The notes under the pieces were generated by a model. The model did not search any database. It was not told where the DNA came from and saw nothing but the letters and a program-made list of their open reading frames with translations. A DNA stretch of 20,956 nt from Kofleriaceae bacterium (GTDB lineage Bacteria > Myxococcota_A > Polyangia > Haliangiales > Haliangiaceae): assembly GCA_046597055.1 (NCBI GenBank), contig JBKJLC010000065.1, forward strand, positions 1-20,956, in the 5' to 3' direction. Position 1 is the stretch's first letter, and every line of letters begins with the position of its first letter. The translations under genes and the position numbers were made by a program. Below are positions 12,423-20,956 of this stretch, one piece after another.

Positions 12423-13082
12423 TCAGCAGCGGATGTCGCCGACGAAGATGTAGCCGGCCTTCGAGCCCTCGGGGCCGACGAAGCGGGTCGGCTTCTCGGC
12501 CTTGCCGCCCAGCTCGAACACCGCGAACGGGCGGGTCATCGGCACGCCATCGGGTCCGTGGAACCCGGCCAGCACGACCGCGATGCACGCGCTGTCGGAC
12601 TGGTTCACGACCATGCCGGTGACCACGACCTTGCCGTGATCGTTCCAGGCGTGACCCTGGGTGACGCCGACCGGGTCGACGCCGCTGGGCAGGCGGGCGC
12701 CGCGCACGTCGATGTTGGCGCCGACCGCGGTCGGGCGCTCGGCCTGGCGATCATCGACCAGCGCGAACGTGCGCCGGCCGCGCGCGGGGATGGTCAGGGT
12801 CTCGGCTTTCACCCGGCCGACCTCGCGGCCATCGTCGTCGACCAGCACGCCGCCGAGCGTGACCCGCAGCGGCTGGTCGCCGCGATTGTCGGCGTCGACC
12901 AGCACGAACGTCGCGCGGGTCTCCCACTGATCGTGGCCGACCGTGTCGGTGCGCAGGGTGACCGTCGGCCGGATCGCGATCTGGGCCAGGTCGACCCGCT
13001 GGTCGCCGCGGTGGCCGGGCCGGTCGCAGGCCGCGCCCAGCGCGAGGCCAACGACGAGCAGGGACTTGAAGAGGTCGGTCAC
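12423..13082 (-). CDS. Hypothetical lipoprotein with beta-sandwich (FxLYD-like) domains (219 aa)
   Basis: GTG start, signal MTDLFKSLLVVGLALGAAC. Repeated V.G.V.N...V...F...DG pattern. Confidence 0.7.
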   Translation of the reverse strand: MTDLFKSLLVVGLALGAACDRPGHRGDQRVDLAQIAIRPTVTLRTDTVGHDQWETRATFVLVDADNRGDQPLRVTLGGVLVDDDGREVGRVKAETLTIPARGRRTFALVDDRQAERPTAVGANIDVRGARLPSGVDPVGVTQGHAWNDHGKVVVTGMVVNQSDSACIAVVLAGFHGPDGVPMTRPFAVFELGGKAEKPTRFVGPEGSKAGYIFVGDIRC

Positions 13083-13154
13083 GGCAGGCGGGGTCCGGCA
13101 GCGAGTCGCAGGGCTCGGTGCGTCAGGTCAGGACCGCAGGGTCCGGCGCACCGG

Positions 13155-14432
13155 TCAGGAGCGTACCGCGATCGCGAACTTCAGGTAGCTGGCTTCGGGG
13201 AAGCCCGGCGCGACCGGGAAGTCGACCGGCAGGCCGCGCCGATCGATGATCTTGAGCTCGGTGTTGGCCTGGAACGCGCCATCGGCGAGCGCGCCGTCGA
13301 ACTCGTCGGCCGAGACCTTGTGGGTCGACGAGGCGGCGGCGATCAGGCCCCCGGGCGCCAGCACCGCCAGCGCGGCGGCGACCAGCTCGCTGTAGTCCTT
13401 CAGCGCGCTCCACGGCTTGCCGCCGCGCGCGGCCGCCGACGCGAACGCCGGCGGATCGAGGACGATGAGGTCGAAGCTGCGGTTGCGCTCGGCGAACCGG
13501 GCCAGGACCTTGAAGGTGTCGCCGACGATGTGCTCGGGCTTCTCGGGATCGAAGCCGGACAGCGTGAAGTTGCGGCGGGCCCGGGCGTGCGCCTTGGCGG
13601 CGACGTCGACCGCGACCACCTCGGCGGCGCCGCCGGCGAGCGCGTAGACCGAGATCGCGCCGGTGTAGCTGAACAGGTTGAGGACGCGGCGGCCCTTGGC
13701 GTACGCGCGGATCGCGCGGCGGCCTTCGCGCAGGTCGGCGAACAGCCCGGTCGACAGCGGCGCGGTGACGTCGACGCCGAAGCGGAGATCGTCCTCCTTC
13801 ACCTCGAGCTCGACCGGCGAGGCCGCGCCGCGCACGAGGTCGGCGCCGGCCTGGCGCGGTGCGTCGCCGCCGAGCGAGCGGTAGCGGCGCTGCTCGTAGA
13901 TGCCGCGCGGAGACAGCTCGCGCTCGAGGGTGTCGTACAGCGCCGCGTACAGCGCGGGCGCCTGGACCAGCGCCGGCGAGAACAGCTGGGTGACCAGGTA
14001 GGCGCCGTAGCGCTCGACGGCGATGCCGGGCAGGCCGTCGGACTCGCCATTGACGAGGCGCACGTTGTCGAGTGCGTCGAGGTTGCAGAAGCGGCGGCGC
14101 AGCGCGATCGCCTCGCGCACGCGGTTGCCGACCAGCCCGGCGTCGACCGAACGGTCATCGCGGGTCCACAGCCGGACTGCGATGTTGCCCTCGCCCTCGG
14201 ACAGGCCGCGGCCGACCAGCTCGCCATCGCCGTCGACGACGTCGACCACCGCGCCGACCTCGTCGCGCAGGACGCGGGCGCCGATGGCCTCGCGATACAC
14301 CCACGGATGGCCCGAGCGCAGATGGCCGGCGACGTCGTGCGGCACGCGGATGGTGTTGCGGCGCACGATGGGAGCGCCGGGGGGACGACGCTTGGGTCCA
14401 CGGCGCGGAGGTTGGTCGTCGGTCCGGGCCAT
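13155..14432 (-). CDS. PUA-domain class I SAM-dependent rRNA methyltransferase (RlmI/RlmK family, 425 aa)
   Basis: LRSGHPWVY (PUA), RLVNGESDGLPG, TGLFADLRE, VLNLFSYTG and DLIVLDPPAFA. Confidence 0.9.
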   Translation of the reverse strand: MARTDDQPPRRGPKRRPPGAPIVRRNTIRVPHDVAGHLRSGHPWVYREAIGARVLRDEVGAVVDVVDGDGELVGRGLSEGEGNIAVRLWTRDDRSVDAGLVGNRVREAIALRRRFCNLDALDNVRLVNGESDGLPGIAVERYGAYLVTQLFSPALVQAPALYAALYDTLERELSPRGIYEQRRYRSLGGDAPRQAGADLVRGAASPVELEVKEDDLRFGVDVTAPLSTGLFADLREGRRAIRAYAKGRRVLNLFSYTGAISVYALAGGAAEVVAVDVAAKAHARARRNFTLSGFDPEKPEHIVGDTFKVLARFAERNRSFDLIVLDPPAFASAAARGGKPWSALKDYSELVAAALAVLAPGGLIAAASSTHKVSADEFDGALADGAFQANTELKIIDRRGLPVDFPVAPGFPEASYLKFAIAVRS

Positions 14433-14441
14433 GGGCCGCGC

Positions 14442-14469
14442 ATCCTAGCGACACGGCGAGGTGTGTCAA
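14442..14469 (-). promoter_or_regulatory. Sigma70-like promoter for the methyltransferase
   Basis: Minus strand TTGACA (14469-14464), 16 nt, TAGGAT (14447-14442), 9 nt before the ATG. Confidence 0.6.
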
Positions 14470-14588
14470 CACCTTGCCTGGCGTTCGCAGGCGGACGGTC
14501 CAGCCATCCGGTGGATGCCGACCTCCGAAGATCGCTCTTTACAGGTGGGTGGCTCGATCGGGTAATCTGCGCGCGCCTGGGAGCCCAC

Positions 14589-14945
14589 ATGGTCACTCTT
14601 CCGCCTCTTGCCGCGATTTCGACTTCCCCTGAACCGGTTCCCGGCGTCGCGCCGGTGCCATCGGCCAGCGCGGCCGCGCTGGTGACGGTGCGATTCGGGG
14701 AATTCCTGCGCGAGCGCCAGCTCATCGACGACGAGCAGTGGCTGGCCGCGCTGGCCTTCCACTGGAGCGCCCTCCTGACGACGCCCCGGCCCCGCCGTCG
14801 CTTCGGCGATATCCTGGTCGAGCTCGGCGTGCTGCCGTCGGAGGTCGTCGAGCAGGCGGCCGACGTCTTCCACGATGGCCTCGACGTCGTCGAGGTCTCG
14901 ATGCCCCTGCCGACCGCCCGGCCCCGGCTGCCCTCGCAGTCGTGA
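14589..14945 (+). CDS. Small stand-alone MshEN-like protein, putative c-di-GMP receptor (118 aa)
   Basis: GGAG RBS and ATG 14589. Two half-motifs, RFGEFLRERQLIDDEQWLAAL and RFGDILVELGVL, resembling RLGxxLxxxGLx. Confidence 0.65.
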   Translation: MVTLPPLAAISTSPEPVPGVAPVPSASAAALVTVRFGEFLRERQLIDDEQWLAALAFHWSALLTTPRPRRRFGDILVELGVLPSEVVEQAADVFHDGLDVVEVSMPLPTARPRLPSQS

Positions 14946-15074
14946 GCTGCGCCCCTCGAGCCGAACTGCGTACCTCGCTCCACTTCGTCATCGGTCTGTC
15001 GCGCGGCTTGCTGCCGCGCTAATCTGCACGTTCAGCCGGAGCTCGCACGGGGAGCACCGGCCGGAGGTTACTAG

Positions 15075-16484
15075 ATGTCCACTGAAGAGAAGCACGCTCC
15101 GACGAACGGTCACGGCAACGGGCACACCGGCAACGGCCGGTCGCGGCGACGGAGCAGCCTGATGCAGGCCGCGGTGGCCCTGCCCACCGTCGAGTCGTCC
15201 CTCGAAGACTTCATCGCACGGGCGAACGCGACCCTGGTCGACGTCGACGCCTGGGAGTCCGAGGCGCGCGTCGAGAAGGAGCGCCAGGCCCGCGCCCAGA
15301 CCGACGCCGAGGAGACCAAGCTCCGCCACGTCGAGGCCGCGGTCCGCGCCGATGCCGCCCGCGAGCGCGGGCTGCTCGACCGCCGGATCGCGACGCTCGA
15401 GGCCGAGCTGACCGAGTCGCAGGCGCACCGCGCCGAGCTCGAGGCCCGGGTCGCCGTGCTCGGCAGCCAGCAGGCGATGAGCGTCACCGTCGACGAGCTG
15501 CAGGCCCAGCTGACCGCGGCCGAGGGCCGCGCCCGCACCGCCGACGAGCGGGCCCGCACCGCCGACGAGCGGGCCCGCGCCGCCGAGTCGAAGGCCGCCG
15601 AGGTCAAGGTCACCGTCGCGCCGATGCCGGCCGCGCCGGCGCCGCAGCCCGGCGCCGACCCTGAGCTGGCGCGCAAGGCCGCCGCCGCCGAGGAGCGCGC
15701 ACGCATCGCCGAGCTCAAGGCCCAGAAGGCGGTCGCCGCGGCCCGCGCCGCCGCCGCCGGGCTCACCGTCTCCAGCGCCGACCTCGACAAGATCGAGGCC
15801 GGACTCTCGCTCGGGGTCGCGACCGCGCCGGCGCGGCCCGCCGTCGACGACGACACGATCGCGCCGGTCCGCAGGGGCCTGCCGATGACCGCGGTGGTCG
15901 CCGCCTTCATCGGCGGTGTCGCCGCCATGCTCGTCGGCGTGAAGCTGCTCGGGTCGAGCAACACGCCCGCCCCGGCCCCGGCGCTGGCGGCCCCGCTCGC
16001 CGCGCCGGCGCAGCCGGTGCCAGCCACGCCCGCCCCGGTCGTGGCCGCGCCCGTGGTGACGCCGGTGCCCGAGGTCGTGCCCGCGCCCGCGGCGGTCATC
16101 GCCACGCCGCCGGTCGCAGCGCCGACGCCGGCCGAGGTCGCGCCCGCACCCGCCGCGGTGGTCGCGACGCCCACGCCCGCGCCCGCGGCAGTGCCCACCG
16201 CGGCCAAGGTCGTCACCGGCGCGCCGGCCTCGACCACGCCCGACAAGCCGCGCGCACCTCGCACCGCGCCGGCCAAGGTCGCCAAGCCGGCCGGCGCGAT
16301 CGTCGATCCGTTCGGCAGCAGCGCGCCGGCGGCGGTGAAGGCGCCGGCCAGGCCGGCCCGCACCAAGGCGACCAAGCCGGCCGGCGGCATCGTCGACCCG
16401 TTCGGCACGCCGGCCGCACCGGCCCGGGCGCCCAAGAAGCCGGCCAAGCCGGCCGGCGGCATCGTCGACCCGTTCGCGTCGTGA
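15075..16484 (+). CDS. Bitopic membrane protein: cytoplasmic coiled coil, TM helix, Pro/Ala-rich linker, three C-terminal KPAGxIVDPF repeats (469 aa)
   Basis: GGAGG RBS. Coiled-coil-like E/R/A-rich N-half with ARTADER repeats, TM AVVAAFIGGVAAMLVGV, low-complexity C-half. Confidence 0.85.
   Translation: MSTEEKHAPTNGHGNGHTGNGRSRRRSSLMQAAVALPTVESSLEDFIARANATLVDVDAWESEARVEKERQARAQTDAEETKLRHVEAAVRADAARERGLLDRRIATLEAELTESQAHRAELEARVAVLGSQQAMSVTVDELQAQLTAAEGRARTADERARTADERARAAESKAAEVKVTVAPMPAAPAPQPGADPELARKAAAAEERARIAELKAQKAVAAARAAAAGLTVSSADLDKIEAGLSLGVATAPARPAVDDDTIAPVRRGLPMTAVVAAFIGGVAAMLVGVKLLGSSNTPAPAPALAAPLAAPAQPVPATPAPVVAAPVVTPVPEVVPAPAAVIATPPVAAPTPAEVAPAPAAVVATPTPAPAAVPTAAKVVTGAPASTTPDKPRAPRTAPAKVAKPAGAIVDPFGSSAPAAVKAPARPARTKATKPAGGIVDPFGTPAAPARAPKKPAKPAGGIVDPFAS
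16284..16475 (+). repeat. Three 30-bp spaced repeats encoding KPAG(A/G)IVDPF
   Basis: Copies at 16284-16313, 16374-16403 and 16446-16475; the last two are identical in DNA. Confidence 0.9.
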
Positions 16485-16605
16485 CGCCGAGCGCGACGTG
16501 CGCGACGTGCGCGCCGCGGCGCTGACATCACCGAGTCGTGGTGTTCGTACTCCCGTGTGTGATAACTACGGCGCCGCGGCGGATCGCGCCGCGCCCGGAG
16601 GCATC

Positions 16606-17994
16606 GTGACCGTGATCGGCCGTCCCCTGTCACTCGTGTTGATCGTCGTCGCACTCACCACCGCGACCACGACATCTATCCTCGGGGGCAGTGGCCTTCA
16701 GTCTGCGTGGGCCCAGCCGGGCGCGAAGCCGGCCCAGCCACCGCCGCCGACACCGGCCCAGCTCGAGCAAGCCAAGCAGGCGTTCGTCGCCGGCAAGCAG
16801 CTGTTCGACGCGAAGAAGTACGAGCCGGCCGTCGAGAAGTTCAAGGAGTCGTACCGGCTCAGCCGCAATCCCCTCCTCCTCTACAATCTCGCCTTCACGC
16901 TCGACTCGATGGGGCAGAAGGATCTGGCGCTGTTCTATTACAAGAAGTTCCTCGCCGACGCGCCGGCCGATGCCGCCCAGCGCGCCGAGGCCACGCCCCG
17001 TGCCGCGGCGCTCGACAAGGAGCTCGCCGCCGTCGCGACCAGGCCCACCGCCGCCGAGCCGGCCGAAGCGCCGGCGCGACCCGCGGCCGGTGACGACGTC
17101 AAGCCGCTCCGGAAGCCGAAGAAGCCGGTCGATCCGTCGTCGTTCACCGCCGCCGACTTCCAGCACCAGGTGGTCGACGACGCGCCGCCGGGCCGCCCGC
17201 TCGACCTCACCGCGTTCTCGCCCGAGGACAGCGGCTGGAACGTGACGCTGTTCTACCGCGGTCACGGCGAGGCCAAGTTCCACGCGGTGCCGATGAAGCC
17301 CCGCTACAACGAGCTGGTCGGCCGGGTCCCGGCGTCCAAGCTCACCGGCGTCTCGATCCAGTACTACATCGAGGTTCGCACCCCCGACGCCAAGATCGTC
17401 ACCCGAGTCGGCAAGCCGGCCAGCCCGAACATCGTCTACCTCGACCCCAAGGCGCGCGCGCGCTTCTACCCCGATCTGGAGGACAGCGGCGAGATCGGCG
17501 GCGAGGTCGCCGGCAGCGGCGGCGCTGGCGCAGGTGGCGCCAGCGGTGGCGGCTACGTCGCGGGCGGCTACTCCGAGGCCGGCTCGACCAAGTTCAAGCG
17601 CGCGAAGTGGATCGCGACCGGCACCGGCGTGGGCCTGCTCGGCGTGTCGGTGACGTTCTACCTGATGGCGGCGAGCATGTCGTCGTCGCTCGAGGCCGAG
17701 GCGGCCCTGGCCAATGACACCAGCGAGTGCGGCTCCGACCCCAAGCCGTGCCGCCGCTTCAACGACGATCGCCGCGCGGTCGAGATCGCCGGCGAGCGCA
17801 ACGAGCTCGTCAGCCGGATCAGCTTCGGCGTCGGCCTGGCCGCGACCGGCGTGGCTGCCTACCTCTGGTACAAGGAGATCAAGGCGAGCAAGCGTGATGG
17901 CCAGACCGCCGCCACCACGGGACTCGATTCGATGGTCGCCGCCCCGGTGGTCGGTGAAGGTTTCCTCGGCGGCTCGGCCGCCCTGCGCTTCTGA
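16606..17994 (+). CDS. Exported TPR protein with Ig-like middle domain and C-terminal hydrophobic helices ending in Phe (about 462 aa)
   Basis: GGAGG at 16597-16601 before GTG 16606 (alternative 16612). Signal ending AWA-Q, TPR (AVEKFKESYRLSRNPLLLYNLA), beta domain (VTLFYR...IQYYIEV), C-terminus GFLGGSAALRF. Confidence 0.8.
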   Translation: MTVIGRPLSLVLIVVALTTATTTSILGGSGLQSAWAQPGAKPAQPPPPTPAQLEQAKQAFVAGKQLFDAKKYEPAVEKFKESYRLSRNPLLLYNLAFTLDSMGQKDLALFYYKKFLADAPADAAQRAEATPRAAALDKELAAVATRPTAAEPAEAPARPAAGDDVKPLRKPKKPVDPSSFTAADFQHQVVDDAPPGRPLDLTAFSPEDSGWNVTLFYRGHGEAKFHAVPMKPRYNELVGRVPASKLTGVSIQYYIEVRTPDAKIVTRVGKPASPNIVYLDPKARARFYPDLEDSGEIGGEVAGSGGAGAGGASGGGYVAGGYSEAGSTKFKRAKWIATGTGVGLLGVSVTFYLMAASMSSSLEAEAALANDTSECGSDPKPCRRFNDDRRAVEIAGERNELVSRISFGVGLAATGVAAYLWYKEIKASKRDGQTAATTGLDSMVAAPVVGEGFLGGSAALRF

Positions 17995-18002
17995 GGCTCG
18001 CC

Positions 18003-18623
18003 ATGCACCGCACCATCATTCTGCCCGTCACGCTCGCGCTCGCCACCCTGGCCGCGTGCAACCCGTACAACCCCGATCTGGGGCCGCGCCCGTTCACCTG
18101 CGGCAACGACGAGCCCGCGTGCCCGGAGGGCTACACCTGCGAGGCCGAGGTCTGCGTGCGCGGCGACGACGACCCGGTGGTCGTCGACGCTACCACCGGC
18201 GCGTTCTCGTGCGCCGACGACGGCTCGGTCGAGGGCCGTCCCGGCGACAACGACGTCATCACCCGCGCCTTCGTCACCCCGATCTCGGGGATGACGAGCT
18301 ACGCGCTGCGCGCCCTGGCGATCTGCCCGTCGGCTGACAAGGATCACTTCAAGATCCAGATCAATCAGACCGGCATCAACTTCATGGCCTCGGTGACCAG
18401 CGTCGCCGGCCGGGCCCCGCTCGCGCTCAACCTGCTCAACGCGAGCGGGATGCTCATCGCGAGCGGCGCGCCGCTGGCGACCAGCCCGCAGCGGGTCGAC
18501 CTGGAGGTCGTCAACCGCCTCGCGGTCGGCGAGTACTACGTACAGGTCCAGTCCCAGGATGGGACCGAGAACAACTACGACCTGTCGATCAAGGTGTGCA
18601 CCACGATGCTGCCCTGCCCGTAG
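18003..18623 (+). CDS. Lipoprotein with Cys-rich module and PPC-like (pre-peptidase C-terminal) domain (206 aa)
   Basis: Lipobox LAAC; FTCGNDEPACPEGYTCEAEVC; ICPSADKDHFKI...GEYYVQV...NNYDLSI. Confidence 0.8.
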   Translation: MHRTIILPVTLALATLAACNPYNPDLGPRPFTCGNDEPACPEGYTCEAEVCVRGDDDPVVVDATTGAFSCADDGSVEGRPGDNDVITRAFVTPISGMTSYALRALAICPSADKDHFKIQINQTGINFMASVTSVAGRAPLALNLLNASGMLIASGAPLATSPQRVDLEVVNRLAVGEYYVQVQSQDGTENNYDLSIKVCTTMLPCP

Positions 18624-18781
18624 CAGCGGCTGCGGGCCTCGTCTGCTTCGTTGGCGGGTCCCCCCCACTTCGTCACGACCAGACGGCCCTTCGACGCGGC
18701 GCTTCGCGCCTTGCTCAGGGTGACCGGCCGCTGGGGGCCCCACCCGCCGCCTCGCATTCGAGGCTCCTCGCTCGCTGCTAC
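18620..18781. repeat. Nested inverted-repeat (REP/MITE-like) extragenic element
   Basis: Terminal IR GTAGCAGCG (18620-28) / CGCTGCTAC (18773-81). Nested pairs GCCTCG/CGAGGC, GGCGGGT/ACCCGCC and CCCCCA/TGGGGG, with inner hairpin GGCGC-TTC-GCGCC. Confidence 0.7.
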
Positions 18782-19010
18782 CAGGCCGCGCATCCCGCCG
18801 CTGTTCCTGAGGAGCTGGTGTCGAGAGCGACGAGGGGCCGAGGGGCCGTGCGCTCAGGTCGACCTGACGAGCAGGATCAGGCGAGCTGGGTGACGCTGAG
18901 TGTCGGTACCGGGATCACCAGCCTGGGGGACGCTCGCAGCCCAGGTGGGCAGGGCAGACGGCGGGAACGGGGTGTTTCGGGCCGCCTACCCGCTCGCAGC
19001 CCCGACCGGT

Positions 19011-19040
19011 TTGACGCGGACATCGATGCCCGGATACGCT
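19011..19040 (+). promoter_or_regulatory. Sigma70-like promoter upstream of pilB
   Basis: TTGACG (19011-16), 18 nt, TACGCT (19035-40); GGGGAG RBS at 19071-76. Confidence 0.55.
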
Positions 19041-19086
19041 GTTCACGTTCCGGAAATCCCACCGGTTCGAGGGGAGTTAGACATAG

Positions 19087-20780
<1,694 letters not shown>

Positions 20781-20781
<1 letters not shown>

Positions 20782-20956
20782 TGGCGCAAAACCTCAGCCT
20801 GCCGACGCTGCTCAAGGCGCTGACCGACAAGGGCGCGTCGGATCTTCACGTCACCGTGGGCTCACCTCCCCGCCTTCGCATCGACGGCGATCTGGTCAAG
20901 CTCCAGACCGAGCCGCTGACTGCCACCGAGACCAAGACGCTCTGCTACTCGGTGAT
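20781..20956 (+). CDS. pilT: Type IV pilus retraction ATPase PilT (3'-truncated; absent from the ORF track)
   Basis: GTG overlapping the pilB stop (TAGTG). Translates MAQNLSLPTLLKALTDKGASDLHVTVGSPPRLRIDGDL..., the PilT N-terminal ASDLH...PP..RIDG motif. Standard pilB-pilT order. Confidence 0.9.

Noticed and set aside
14963..14989. ECF-type promoter GAAC...CGTC before 15075
   Set aside because: The AAC-to-CGT spacing is 19 nt, longer than the usual 16-17; support is too weak.
16284..16475. CRISPR-like 30-bp spaced repeats (also considered for 4115-4225)
   Set aside because: In-frame coding repeats with uneven, self-similar spacers or none, and no cas genes.

Overview
Very GC-rich bacterial DNA that reads as a Myxococcota type IVa pilus neighbourhood (taxonomy inferred from gene content and protein style). 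Left end: two tandem, colinear pilin genes. The first is cut by the window edge, and the two share about 81% identity over 129 aa. They converge on a TMTC-like GT-C glycosyltransferase with TPRs, which is divergent from a Myxococcus PilG / Geobacter XapA-like gene. Middle: a minus-strand run of lipoprotein, LolD/MacB-type ABC ATPase, permease and membrane Ser/Thr kinase with PEGA domains. This is followed by a small acidic protein plus a PEGA protein, a lipoprotein, a PUA-domain rRNA methyltransferase, a stand-alone MshEN-like protein, and a three-gene envelope module (membrane tether with 3x IVDPF, TPR/Ig-like protein, Cys-rich PPC-like lipoprotein). Right end: a 162-bp nested inverted-repeat element, a sigma70-like promoter, pilB and the start of pilT. 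Best lead: a possible pilin diversification plus O-glycosylation system, with Ser/Thr-biased differences between the pilins and a codon-atypical patch in pilin 2, next to the glycosyltransferase. No database searches were run, so family calls rest on recognised motifs.
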